Translations under genes and position numbers: made by a program | Part shown: positions 14,001 to 26,037 of the stretch, one piece after another | How the letters are laid out: every line of letters begins with the position of its first letter | Position numbering within the stretch: position 1 is the first letter of the stretch | The notes under the pieces: generated by a model | Databases searched by the model: none | Seen by the model: the letters and a program-made list of their open reading frames with translations, nothing else | What the model was told of the DNA's origin: nothing | NCBI GenBank assembly: GCA_018398765.1 | Contig: JAHBMJ010000443.1 | Coordinates: 62,001-126,000, forward strand | Reading direction: 5' to 3' | Source of the DNA: Chromera velia | Lineage: Eukaryota | DNA length: 64,000 bases

Positions 14001-14950
14001 GGGGAGACTCGACTGACACAGAAGCATACAAGTCAGGCACCATATCAGTGTTCTCTGCGGGACTGACGGAGACATCATGCTGCCCGTCTGGGGTTGCTCC
14101 AGACTCCTCCAACTGGACTCAACTCTCTTTAAATAAAGCCAGGGATCCGCTAACCTGCGGATTGGCATGCACATCTGCAAGAGAGGGGGCTGCTGATGAA
14201 ATCTCATTTGTACATTCTGCTTGACGCTCCTGGGCTGGACCTGTGGCTCTTTCATTCTCGAACTGCAAAGCCTGTCCTATTTTTTCACCCTCTTCTTGAC
14301 TCATCGCCTTTTTCACGCATTCTGCAGAAGAAAGCACGCGCTGTATGGCTATGGCTGCTTTTTCCTTTTCGTTTTCCCTCTTGATCCTTCTTTTCTCCTC
14401 TTTAGCCTTCTGCCTCTCTTTCAATGTGCAGGCGACGGACTGACGTACCTGTTGCAGTCGCTGCTCCTGCCGAATGCGGTCTCTTTCTTTCTTTTGTCGG
14501 AAAAAGCCGGCAAAGCAGCTAAGCCTAGAAAAGGTATAGGAAAACAGAGCAGCTGCAGCATGATCATGCCACCCATTAGTAGTGTGTATATCTGTATCTG
14601 TGTTTCCGTATTTTGCAGAGTCTTTCAGAGATTTCAGAAAGGGTACCAGGTCATAATTCTTCAAAACAGTTTTCAGCTTCCTCTGGAAAGGAGATTCTGA
14701 AGATGGGTTGATGAGACGGGATCGGGGTTTTTCTGTCTCATTTACCTGTCTCATGCGTCTGTATCCAATCCGCCTCTCCATCAAAAAAACCCGGATGAGA
14801 TGAAACATGGTGCCGGAACGTTTAGAGACAGGAGCCTGGCGTGAACTTACTGTAGCTCTGGGCAGAACCTTTCTTTCCGTCGAAAGATCTGATGATGAGA
14901 GTGCTCATCGTTCTTGTATGCTCTCTTTATGACATTTTCGCATTATAAAT
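6700..14950 (-). pseudogene. eIF4G-like (MIF4G domain) pseudogene
   Basis: Exons encode MIF4G hallmarks: RRILALLNKFSLEKFDSLYNQL...LLLAKITAEPKY (~12460-12630), KHKRAMLGNIKFC (~11825-11860) and MLECICHFISDLGRVL (~9380-9430). In-frame stops occur at 14119-21, 13460-62, 13115-17, 13022-24, 12938-40, 11878-80 and 9528-30, with a frameshift near 13930. Outer limits are approximate. Confidence 0.75.
9845..11815. repeat. ~2 kb degenerate (GACT)n tetranucleotide satellite inside an intron of the eIF4G-like pseudogene
   Basis: Continuous GACT/GACC/GTCT/AACT units that generate the SQSV-repeat ORFs. Confidence 0.97.
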
Positions 14951-15287
14951 CTCAGGAACGAAGGCAAAAACCTGTATATGTACGTGATCAAACATCATGC
15001 ATGCATGTATCATCATGCAAAAAAATCTTACGTGTCTCTCTGGTTAGAAAAATAATTAAATTAATGTTTTTAAGAGCATGCATGCACGCGGCAAAAGCAC
15101 ATAGGGGTGTGGGATGCATAAAAGATTGAATGAGGTGCATCTCGCCGCATTGTTGCACGGGATGCAGACAGTCTTTCAGCTACACAGGCATTTAGGCAGT
15201 CAGTCACTTAATTAATCTATCTGCTAGTCTATCTGTCAGTCTGTGAGTCAGGAACGTCCTGCCCTGCTAGGTTGAGCTGGCTAGAGC

Positions 15288-15552
15288 TGGCAACCGATAA
15301 ACATAGCGGGAAGGCCTAGCATAGAAGTTGATAGAACTAGTTAATCAATGAATTAATCAATCAATCAATCAATCAATCAATTAATCAATCAATTAATTAA
15401 TCAATCAATCAATCAATCAATAATTAATCAATCAATCAATCAATCAAATAAAATATAAACTACAATTCAAAATGTTATTCAAAAAACAAAAAAATCAATT
15501 AATTAATTAATTAATTAATTAATTAATTAATCAATCAATGAATGAATGAATG

Positions 15553-15591
<39 letters not shown>

Positions 15592-15625
15592 TATTGAATC
15601 AATCACTAGATGAATTAATGAATCA
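15288..15625 (+). repeat. Retroposon-like 3' end (family B copy 2) followed by an (ATCA)n/(ATTA)n microsatellite
   Basis: GATAAACATAGCGGGAAGGCCTAG is followed by about 280 bp of ATCA/ATTA repeats. Confidence 0.7.
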
Positions 15626-16577
15626 ATCAGAAAACGAAAGAAAAGAACTGTAAGAAAGATCACTGATGCATCCGATTCACACTGTAATATCAAACGGAAA
15701 CCGCTTGAACTTGTGGCTGCACAGCAAACAGACAGATGAAAGAAACAGAGAAAACGGTCTCTCAATTGAGAGAGAAAGCATCGGGCGGACCCCTGTGTGC
15801 TACAAAAAGGTTGCACCCTGGTCAGTCTATAGAAGAAGAGCAACATTCAGGGTGGGAGAGAGGAGCCTTGAGGTCAATAAGGGGAAATTCTCTCTTAATG
15901 GAGGGAGGGGGACCCTGCTGTACGACAGAAAATGCATTGTTTGCTCTGATCTTCTTGGCATCCAGGTGGTTGAAAACGAAGTACACGTTTTGACCGAGTA
16001 TCCCTTGCATGATGCTAAGAGGGCTGTTTGCTTGCAGGCTCTTTCAGACATATGGAATGAAGGGAGGGGGGAAAGAGCAGCAGGAAAGCTAAAATGGGGA
16101 GAGGGGACAAACAGGAAGACAGAAAGGCTTGCCTTGTTTTCTTTTTTTTTAAGTGAGACAGATGGAAGCGTCGACAAGTTTTTGAAGGATGTTGTCACAA
16201 AATGAGCTGTTGTAAAGGAATGCCACAAGAGAAATGCATACAGCCTGCAAGATGTATCAAGCATCCAGCTGGACCAAGCCCACCAAATTCTTTGGTCAAA
16301 TGAAAAAGAAAGAAACAAAAGACAGGCAGAGTATTCAGTAACATGGCAGCAAATGAAGCAAGCAAAGGAAGAGGGAGAAACCAAAGGGTTGAGTGACTGG
16401 GAAGTAATGAGATTGGCCTCTAATCGATCGACCGTTTGTTTTGAGATGCCTCCGTTTAAAGCCTGTTTGAGCTCCGCCGGGTCGATCGGCGGGCCGCAGC
16501 ATCGTCAGTGAAAGTTGATTGATTGTAGTCTTTCGCATGCGATTGATAGTAATTGATTGATTATCATGTAAACAGTT

Positions 16578-16725
16578 TGTGGCATAGGTCTTTTTGGCCT
16601 GTGCGTGCCGGCCAGGAAGGTTCGACGTGTATATGCGCTTTTTCTGGACGCCGCACGTCAAGCGCTCGGCATTGGGGCAGGAAACCAATCCTCCAGACAT
16701 TAATCCTATCCTATCCTATCCAGTC
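16578..16725 (+). mobile_element. Retroposon-like 3' fragment with (TATCC)n tail, family A copy 1
   Basis: About 135 bp alignable by eye to 17092-17227, sharing CCTGTGCG.GCCGGCCAGG, GCCGCACGTC, TCGGCATTGGGGC.GGA..CCAATCCTCC..ACATTAATCCTA. It ends in a short tandem-repeat tail. Confidence 0.55.
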
Positions 16726-17055
16726 AATCAATTAATCAATTAACTAATTAGTCACTCAATCTGACAGTCAATCAATCAATCAATCTATCTATCAATATTT
16801 ATTAATTCGTCAATCCATCAACATCCATCATACAATCAATCAATAAACCAATCAACCTATCCACTAGTCTATCCATCCGTTCATCAATCAATCAATCAAT
16901 TCGTCAATCAGTCAATCAATTAAATTAAGTTATTATAAGAGTTAATCAATCAACTTTGCAGCAAACAATTAATTAATCAATCAATCAATTAATCAATCAA
17001 TCAATCAATCAATCGATTAATGAATCAATGAATCAATCAATCAATTAATCAATCA
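16722..17055. repeat. Degenerate (ATCA)n microsatellite
   Basis: ATCA/ATTA/ATCC units lying between the two family A copies. Confidence 0.85.
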
Positions 17056-17091
17056 TTACGCAGGTGATTGACTGTTCAATGTGATCCGTTC

Positions 17092-17227
17092 GCGGCACAG
17101 GCTAGACCTGTGCGGGCCGGCCAGGGAGGTCTGATGCGTCTAGGCGCTTTCCCTGGAAGCCGCACGTCGGACATTCGGCATTGGGGCGGGAGGCCAATCC
17201 TCCGAACATTAATCCTAATCCTAATCG
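17092..17227 (+). mobile_element. Retroposon-like 3' fragment with (TAATCC)n tail, family A copy 2
   Basis: Diverged direct copy of 16578-16725, ending in ACATTAATCCTAATCCTAATC. Confidence 0.55.
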
Positions 17228-17723
17228 TAAGAAAGGAATCTGAGAAGGCAAGAAGAAAACAAGGAGGAAAGCGAGCAAAGAAGGAATGAAGGAACAAAGG
17301 GAAGAAGAAAGACAGGAAGAAAGGAAAGTGAGGAAGAAAGGATGGAAGGATGGAATGATGAGAGCATGGAAAGATAGGACGGACGGACTCGGACTCCGAC
17401 GGAGGGGTTGAAGGAAAGCGAAGAAAGGAAGGAACAAAGACAGCGGAGGAAGAAAAGATGAGAAGACAGAAGGATGGAGGTCCTAGAGGGCAGGCCAAGA
17501 ATGGTAGAGAGAAAAGGATCCCATTGAGAAAGACAGGATGAAAGGACTGACATTGATCGAACTCTTGCCAAAAAAATGGACTGACATTGACATCATCATG
17601 CCAGACTTTACTAACAACAAACACGTTTGCCACATGCAAAAACACGCATTTATTTTTTTCGGTGTCAACGGTCACTGTGAGTAAGAACGGAGACATGCTT
17701 GAAGTGACACTTAGTTGAATGAA

Positions 17724-19292
17724 TTAGGCAACTATCGATTGAGAACCGAGCTGAGACTCAGCGCTCTCGCGGTTTCGCTCGCGGCTCCAAGCTTCAAGAT
17801 ACGAGACGATTTCTGGATGCTCTGACGTGATCGCGTCTCTTCCATGCGGCTGATTATGGGCAGTTCGGCCGCTGTCATTCCGAACATTCACATCAGCGCA
17901 CATGTCGAGAATCCACTTGACTATCTCGAACACCCCCCACTGAACCGCGCGGTGGAGAGCGGTGTCACCCCGATACCCCCGCGCGTTGACTTCCAATTCC
18001 AGGGGCATGTCAATCCTATCGATCACTTCCTTGACATCGGAGATGAAGCTCTCTTCCATAGTACGCTCAGTGCGTCTACGGGACACTGCCTTGATCAGAG
18101 GCGTGTCACCGTCCCCCCCATGTTTGGCAACGTCTGCCCCGAGGAGAACCAAAACATGGGCGGTGGCGGGCTTGGCTCTGCCTGTGCAGATGTGCAGAGG
18201 CGTGCGGCCGTCGCTGTCAAGGACGTCCGTGCAAGTCGGGTCACGGCACCCCGGCCCCTTTGTCCGCCTGACATACTCCCTCATCAGCTCATGGAATGAA
18301 TGCCAGGTGAAAAAGTGCAGAAGGGTCTCGCTGTTGCGGAGCTCATCGGATGGATGGGAGGCGTTGACTCGGATCCGGCGAAGGATATCATCCGAGGTGC
18401 GGTCGAGCAGTTCGTTCAATGCTCTTCTGACGGCAAAGCGGAGAGACGGATCCCGTCTCTCGGGGTTGTAGTGCAGTCTCCACTCATCCCCTTCCTCCGT
18501 CTCGTCAGGGTCTAGCTGATGCTCTGCTGCCTCACAGGCCAAACACAACGGGTGATTTTCAAGAATGGGGTTCTCAAAATCCACAACCGCAACCTCTTCA
18601 GCGAGGAACAGAATCATCTCCCACCGGCCCTGACGGCAGGCTGCCATCAAGGCCGTATCCCCCTTCCTCAGTCGGCGCAGACTGATGGGAGCAGAACACA
18701 CATCCCCCGCCCTCACCTCAAGGGAACAGCCGTTTCTGACAACCTCCTCCATTGCTTCATAATTGTCTGCACTGATCGTTTTCATCAACACTGTCTGCCC
18801 CTCTGACAGACCATCCACGTCTGCCCCTGCCTTCAGGAGGAGACGCAAATCCTCCCCCCTTTTCTTCCCAGTGCCGTACTCGGACACTGCCTTTTGCAGA
18901 GCCTTTGCAGACACCGCGCGGAAGGATCGAATCACCTCACCGATCCCTCGCAAGTGGGGCTCAAAGAACACTCCAAGATCAATTTCGTAATACTTATTCA
19001 CTAATTTGTCGAGCTCTTTGACAAGTGTGTTCGCACGATCTGCGGGTGTTGCCGTCTCTGCGAAACACAGACGTTCGACCTTCTCAAGAACAGCAACATC
19101 CTTACGCCGCATACAGAGGCCTGTGGCAGCAACAGAGGTCACTTTGCTATCTGCCAGCTGCGCAGGGAAAAGCTTTTCGATGATAGGACCTCTTCTGCGA
19201 GCGGTCTGGTCAGGAGGGAAAACAGCGTCCTCCACTGTCCGAAGCCTTTCGAGAAAGGCGTCAAACGTGACGGGGGAAGCAGTTCTGTCCAT
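17724..19292 (-). CDS. Intronless ankyrin-repeat protein (~522 aa if it starts at ATG 19292; frame open to 19658)
   Basis: Ankyrin consensus motifs GDTALMAAC, GRTPLHIC, GDTPLIKA and GDTALHRAVQWG...ADVNVRNDSGRTA. The start was chosen by length parity and upstream-motif parity with the paralogue at 34845. Confidence 0.88.
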   Translation of the reverse strand: MDRTASPVTFDAFLERLRTVEDAVFPPDQTARRRGPIIEKLFPAQLADSKVTSVAATGLCMRRKDVAVLEKVERLCFAETATPADRANTLVKELDKLVNKYYEIDLGVFFEPHLRGIGEVIRSFRAVSAKALQKAVSEYGTGKKRGEDLRLLLKAGADVDGLSEGQTVLMKTISADNYEAMEEVVRNGCSLEVRAGDVCSAPISLRRLRKGDTALMAACRQGRWEMILFLAEEVAVVDFENPILENHPLCLACEAAEHQLDPDETEEGDEWRLHYNPERRDPSLRFAVRRALNELLDRTSDDILRRIRVNASHPSDELRNSETLLHFFTWHSFHELMREYVRRTKGPGCRDPTCTDVLDSDGRTPLHICTGRAKPATAHVLVLLGADVAKHGGDGDTPLIKAVSRRRTERTMEESFISDVKEVIDRIDMPLELEVNARGYRGDTALHRAVQWGVFEIVKWILDMCADVNVRNDSGRTAHNQPHGRDAITSEHPEIVSYLEAWSRERNRESAESQLGSQSIVA

Positions 19293-21241
19293 CTGTGCTG
19301 TGTCAAAATTTCTTGGGACGTTTCCTTGGCTGCTATCATGTACTCGGACACGTACACTGCTGTGGAGAAATGTGCAGAACTCTGCCGAAGAGTGCAGTCT
19401 TTGTGCAACATTTTGCAACGACTCCTTGGTTGAAGCTTTAGCTAGCTTCTGCTTCTCTTCTTGCGCGTTGTTGTTTTTCGATGAATCCGCTCGTGTCATT
19501 TGGTCGCCCACGGCTGCGTGCATGCGGGCGCCGGCCCCGCGCGGCCGGCTTTTCAGTTCGGTCCCCCCATGTCCCCCCGCCGCGCCCCCCGATGAGCGCA
19601 TTGCACGCCGACGTATTTCAGGTTCGTTACTACATACAAACAGAATAAAGTGAGACAAAGTGGCAGATATTTTTCACTTTATGTGTATTTATGTGGCGGA
19701 AATACACAAACTTTATGTTTTGTCACTGTGAAATTGCCATGGTGTACGATGGTGTTGGGCACTACTAGTCATGCTTTACAGAATTTAACATAAGTGAACT
19801 TAGTGAATTTAAACCACTTCAAAAAAAATTGAATTTAATAACATGAATTTAAACAGCATTTTATAGTGTTTAACTATGCATTTAACTCAATAACAATAGT
19901 GTCAGTCTGTTAAATAATGATAGATAATGGGAAGCTGCTTTCCGGTGCTGTCCAATCATGAAAAAAACAAAATTTTATAACAAACTAAAGCTAGAACTAA
20001 CAATTGAACTAACGCAAGCTGATGTTTAATTACATTTTTAATAATTTTCTACCATTTTCAACGTTCAAACCATCTTAAACTATCTTGAAAGTATCATCAA
20101 CAAAATTAACAACTGGCATGTATAGGCATGTATTTACATGTATTAGCATATACACCATGTGTATACATGAAATCGTTCCCGTTCTGACTAGCGTTCTGAG
20201 CTAGTCTGAACCCTCCTGCGCCTTCACGGACCCTTAGCTCTATTTAGCTCCTTGAACTAAGCTAAACTAAGCGCCGGAGGGGGGGGGGGGGCTCATTAAT
20301 GTCCCCCTGTATAAGCAGCAAACCGACCAACCTAGCTGACAAACACGGTCCATCATGTGCTTCGTTTCCATCTAATTCTCCCATTGAGTACATCACTCAG
20401 TTGGCTCCTCTCATATCGATCTGCAGAGGCTTGGTGCAGGCACTAAAAAAGAGTTTCATTCGAGTGAGAAGAAAGAAAGGAGATCGGCTTGTTCCATCCC
20501 GAAATTTCCCTGTACCCATCACGACCGGGTCTCTCTAGAGGTCTCTTCCCGCCTCCATTTCAAGCCCTCTGGCCGCAACGGGATCCCCGGGGGGCCGGCA
20601 GTCAATGGGGCTGTTATCCTTCTCTGAGCTGATCTAACCAATCACCGAGACAGTGGAAGACCAATCCGAATCAACATTCCAAAGAGACGAGCTAAAGATT
20701 ATTTTTCACGACAAAGAAAACAGGGATGGATGGAAGAACGGAGAGACGGAAAGAAGCAAAAGCCAAGTTTGCTCCTCTTTTGCCGCGTTCGCTCCAGTAC
20801 TTCTTCTTTCGTCTCACCTCCAACTCCGTACATGTTTTCGTTCCATGCTTCTCCATGGCCTTACCCCTGTTCAGTGCTCTAACCCGTTTCACTTTCCTGT
20901 TCCGTAACTCCATTGATAACAGCCTGAAGCCCCGCTCTCACTTGATTCGAAACTTTTTTTTTTAAGGAGGAGGATTGGATGACGTAGAGAGGCAGACGGA
21001 TGGACAGACAGGAAGACATGTCGAGAAAGTTAGAAACACACAGGCACAGAGCCACACCGACAGAAAGAGTCGATCTGCACATTCTTTCTTTCTCACTCCA
21101 GTCCACCGATCCACGAACATCCCCTCTCCTTCACTGACGCGCTGTCTCACTCATGCAGCGACGTCCCTCATCAGGCCCCCTTTGCTCTCAAATGTTCCGA
21201 CAGACAATCGATGCGCTTTTTGGCCCCACACCGCCAGGCAG

Positions 21242-21371
<130 letters not shown>

Positions 21372-21787
21372 GATTTGCTTCTTTCGTTTTGTCTCCCTTC
21401 GTTTTTCCACGTACAGAACAGACAGCACGGCAGGCTCCATGTTGTTTCTTTTCTTTCTGTCCTTCTCTTGGCTCATTGTCAAAACAGACAGAGAGATAGA
21501 CTATATCTGTATCGTCTTTTCTTTCCTTTTTCTCTTCCCTTCGTTCGGAAGAGAGACAGACAGACAGACAGACAGTCAGACAGTCAGACAAACAGACAGA
21601 CCAACAGGAGGACAGACAGAGAGATAGACAGAGAGATAGATAGACACGCAGACACAGAGACAGAGAGGCTACACAGAGAGCCTAATAGGCAAGCAGGCGG
21701 GTGGAGAAGGAGAAGGGAGGAAGGGAGCAGACAGATGGAAAAAAGGCGGCAAAGAAAGTAAGAGAGAAGGAAGGGGGGAGGGGGAGG

Positions 21788-21833
<46 letters not shown>

Positions 21834-21916
21834 CGATACGAAACGAAGAAAGAGAGAGAAGCAAGCGATACGAAAATCAGACATTCCACGCAGGTTACGC
21901 ACATCGAAATCACCCC

Positions 21917-22519
21917 TTATTTCTGATGGTATCTGCAAAACCTCTCACCAGCACGTAGAGGATCAGCACCCGCAGTCACGCTGTGATTCGTCAACCCGCA
22001 CCTCTCCCCGAACCTATTCGTGCCATGACAACGAACCAGTCTGTTTTCACTGATCGCCTCCAAGGCGGTCTTCTGGCGAATCAGCTGCTCTCTCCGACGG
22101 GCCACCTCAGGGTCCTCCTCCCTTTTTTTCTCTGAGTCATCATCTTCCTCGTCAGATGAAGATGAAGACAACTCTGTGTCCACGTCATTCTTATCCCCCT
22201 TCTGCGCGGTGTGGTTGTGGCAGTGGTAGGACCCGTTCCGGAGGGGATCTGCGGCTCCGTTCACACTCAGGCTACTGAAGCCGCAGCGGACCCCGTACTT
22301 GGTCGTGCCTCGGCAGCGCACCAACTTAAGCTTTTCCTTCTTCTGCTTTTTCTTGCTGCTCTCTTCTTGGGGAGGTTCAGCCTCGGCTGGCTGTTCCTTA
22401 ACCTTGGTCTCTATTCCGCCACTTCTCTTCATCTTCTCACCCTTCGTGACTGATTCGGCGCTGGCATCTGCCAAATCGTTCAGTACTTCAGAGCCGCCCT
22501 CGTGCGGACGCTTGCTCAT
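21917..22519 (-). CDS. 200 aa protein with two C-x-G-T-x3-G-x-R-C...C-x2-H zinc-knuckle-like repeats (DUF5763-like)
   Basis: ATG-to-TAA ORF with the internal repeat LVRCRGTTKYGVRCG...ADPLRNGSYHCHNH / LVRCHGTNRFGERCG...ADPLRAGERFCRYH, a basic NLS-like tract (KKKQKKEK) and an acidic linker. Confidence 0.8.
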   Translation of the reverse strand: MSKRPHEGGSEVLNDLADASAESVTKGEKMKRSGGIETKVKEQPAEAEPPQEESSKKKQKKEKLKLVRCRGTTKYGVRCGFSSLSVNGAADPLRNGSYHCHNHTAQKGDKNDVDTELSSSSSDEEDDDSEKKREEDPEVARRREQLIRQKTALEAISENRLVRCHGTNRFGERCGLTNHSVTAGADPLRAGERFCRYHQK

Positions 22520-23213
22520 TTTGGGAGCGTGACTGAAGCAGGAGTTTAGTTGGAAACACCAACAGGAACTTTCGTGATCTCAAAGTGCTGAAGTCAGTGC
22601 CATGCACTTTAGCTTGGGCACGTTCAGGACTGCATGCTCGGTGGTTTTTTGTGATCTGCTGGCTGGCTGTATGACAGTGACCTCGCGCGCCCTTCTTTCA
22701 TTTCACTTCTGTCTGGCATCTGGCAAGTTTTCATCCGTACAATCGATCGTCCTCTGAGCCTCTGGCACCTGTGCAAGCGTTCCTGCATGGAGGCTTTTTG
22801 TGGTGCTTCACCATGCTCGGAGACGGCGGAGACGCCGCGAGACGGCGTAGACGGCCGGGTGCGAGGCTGCCTGATGGAGACGATGCATGACTCCCTTGCA
22901 TTCGATCCCTTTCTGATCATCAGAATGCGGCAGCAACCATCAGCAAGCAGTCATCTGAACATGCAATCACAAATTCTTCTGGAGTCTGGATGGGTTCCTT
23001 TGTCCTGTGTTGACCTTGCGCAAACAGTCAGCAGAACTGCAGTGTATGGTTTTTCGTCTCCGTCTACGCATTGAAGGTTTTTGGTCTTCATCAGAGGGCA
23101 ATTTTCCCTCTCCGTCTCCGCTTTGCAGTGTGAAGCAGTTTCGTAGAGACGAGCAAAGAAGACTTCTTTTGATTTGTTTGAGAAAATAAAGACACTCTGC
23201 CAGACTGGGTGTG

Positions 23214-25112
23214 ATGTCTTCGTCCATGATGAAAGTCTCCCCTCTTTTTTCCTTCCCGTCTCCTGTTCGAGAACTCTGTCCTCTCGATGAAAACACTGTC
23301 CTCTTCTGTCTGGAAGGGGACAGAGACGTGTACACTCTCAAACTCTCGGACGCAGATGAGAGAGGGGAGCAGAAAGGCAATCCCGGAACGCTCTTCTGCA
23401 AGGTCCCGTATTTCGGTATTCCCCTCATTCTCAGGGGGGGGAAGACGGGGCACGTGGTTGTAGTGGTCCCCTCTTGTCTGAACGAAAAAGTAGAGACCAT
23501 TGATGAGTGGGTGATTGCCTTGGATTCCTATTCTCATTACTCCATCCCATCTCCTGTCAACGGTCGTTGGGACGGGGCCATTGTCTTCAACGAGGCCGTT
23601 CACCTGCTCGAGTCTGCCCGTCAGAGGGTGGTCGTTGTGCCGAACGGAATGATCATCCACGCTCCTGTGTCCTCTGCAAAGACCTGCACCTCCTGCAGCT
23701 CTGCCCTCAAGACAAGAACTTTTGAGATCGATAGCCGACTGGCCCTTGGTCCTAACCGCGTGTCGTTTCTATGCGAGACGGGGGGGGTGTTGTTTTGCTG
23801 TAACGACAGGGGGGTGACGGGTGGGTCTTATCATCGAATGTGGAATGTGGCGGTGAGGTCAGCGGTGGCTTTCAGCTCTCGTGGGGGTGAGAGTTTTGTG
23901 TTGGTGGGAACGGAGACGGGGCAAGTCATGAGATGGCACACCAAAGATTCCCGAGACGGAATTTTGGTGGAAGTTTTGAAGGGAGACAGCGAGAGTGAAC
24001 TCGATCGGAAGATTTCTTCCCTGGTCCTCATGTCGAATGGCAATCTCCTATTTTCCCAGGGAATGAATTTGCAGGTGGCCGAGAAAGCTGCCGACATGTG
24101 TGCTCCACCTGCTGCAACCCAAAACTTGCCGCCGCTTGTCAGCATGATGCGTGAGCTTGTATTTGAAGGGGGTGTCGGGGCAGACGTGGAGATGGTTGTG
24201 AAGAGAGAGACGGCAGAGAATGAGAGTGCCCCCAAAAAACAGAAGACAGAGAAGGGACAGAAAGTGTACGGCATGAAGAGTCTCTTGTCCCGTAGTTGTG
24301 AGTGGTTTGAGAGGACGTTGAGTGGAGAGTTCAAAGAATCTTCCGGACCCGATGCGCACTTCAGAGTGTCCTTCTCTTCCTCCGTCACAAGCTTCGAGGC
24401 TTTGCGACGAGTCGTCCTGTATCTCCACACAGAGATGGTAGAGTCGGAGGACGATGTAGCAGTCGATGCGGCCTCTCTCGCGAGGTTCCTGGAATTGCCC
24501 TGGCTCCAGGTCCGGGGGGTGACATTGATGGATACTCATGCTATGTGTCTTTTTGGAGGTGCTTTGTGTTTATTCTCCCCCCCCTGAAAATAATGCGAGC
24601 GAGGCAGGAATCAGAAGCCTGCCAGGCAGGTAGAAAGAAAATGCTTGGAAGCATCCGTTCAGTCGACCCTCATTTTCGGCCTTTTTGATTTTCAAGATCT
24701 TCCACCCCAGCCTGCAGATCATGCATGCATGAGGGCATAATTCAGGGGAGGGATGCTGGCTTCTCTTTCTTGCTACTATACAGAAAAGCGTCACCTGCTT
24801 TGTTTTTCCCGCTTCTATGATACATTGTGATCGTGAATCGCCGTCGGCCTGCATGATTCCTCTTCGATGTCTCTGTTTCGTTGTCTGTTGCAGAGGGAGG
24901 CCGAGACCTATGCGGAAACACACCTCTCTGTCAGCAACTGCACCTCCATGATCCTCGCGGCAAGGCGTCACGGCTTTGCGGAGCTGCGACAGAAGAGCAT
25001 TGACTTTGCGGCCAAAAACATTTTGGAGGTCCGGGAGAGACCCGAATTTGGGGATTTGGATCGGGAGACCTTTCTGCAGGTCATCAAAGCGCTTCCGCAG
25101 GGGGCCAATTGA
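23214..25112 (+). CDS. BTB/POZ-BACK domain protein with a beta-rich N-terminal region (exons 23214-24509, 24894-25112)
   Basis: BTB motifs ADVEMVV...KSLLSRSCEWFERTLSGEFKES...EALRRVVLYLHT. A phase-0 GT-AG intron joins them to the BACK-like HLSVSNCTSMILAARRHGFAELRQKSIDFAAKN. Confidence 0.88.
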
Positions 25113-26037
25113 AACAAACTTTAACTCTGACTCATGTGGAATTCGGTCAGAAGGTAGAAACAAAAAAACAAGACGCAACGCGGCTGAAAAACAATCTAGG
25201 ATTCAAACGATACAAAAAACCATTCTCAATCATGTTTAAATTAAATTCTAGATTAAATTTTAGATTAAATTTTAATTGTGATGAGATATGAAATTGAAAC
25301 CGACCGAAATGAATTAAAATCAATGTTATTGATTTTTGTTAATTAATTTAAATGATTAGGATTAGGATGTTACACAGAGAGACTTCCAGCTACTGACTAG
25401 GCCCTCACAGTTTGGTTGATGCATGATTAAAACAAATGTACGTCTCAGCAATTAATTGTTTGTTTTTTAGGAAAAGAATTTTATAGAGGTACCATAAATG
25501 CATGTCGTTTCAATTTCTAGTCAGTTTTAAATTCTAATATATTCCAATCTATTTCAATTTAGGGTTTTTAGCCCCAGTCGCCCTCCTTCATGGGGGTCTG
25601 TACTAGCTCTATCCGCTAGACACCTGCGAGCCCTCTTGTAGACTACTGCAGAGATTAACGACATTCCCTCTTTTTTCTACTTATTTCTAAAGTCCCGGCC
25701 TCCTGTTTTGTGCACTCCTCAGTGACTCCTAATAGAGGCGGATACTGTTTTATTACAGTTTTAATTGTCGTAATCTGAAATTTCATCTTCACTACTTCAG
25801 CTAGCTGTTAGCTTTAACAATCTTCTCTAGTCTTTCCCCTGTCAAAGCCAGTCTCGTCTTCTTTGTAATCTCCATTAACCCCCATACTATTTGTACTGTC
25901 AATCTTTGAATAACTGTGAATAACGGCCTAAGGATGTTTAGGCATGCATAACAAATAATAACAAAACCCTCCATCATACGTCAGACTCTATAACTGTCAT
26001 AAACGTACGGTAATGCAGGGGCAACGCATGCCGGGGG

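Noticed and set aside
9528..14121. Stop-codon reassignment or readthrough as an explanation for the in-frame TAG/TGA
   Set aside because: A frameshift is also present, other genes here have long stop-free frames, and several end in TGA. Pseudogenisation is simpler.
20270..20965. Exon-like minus-strand fragments downstream of the Zn-knuckle gene
   Set aside because: Stops in the frames read and no recognisable domain. It may be a decayed gene but cannot be supported.
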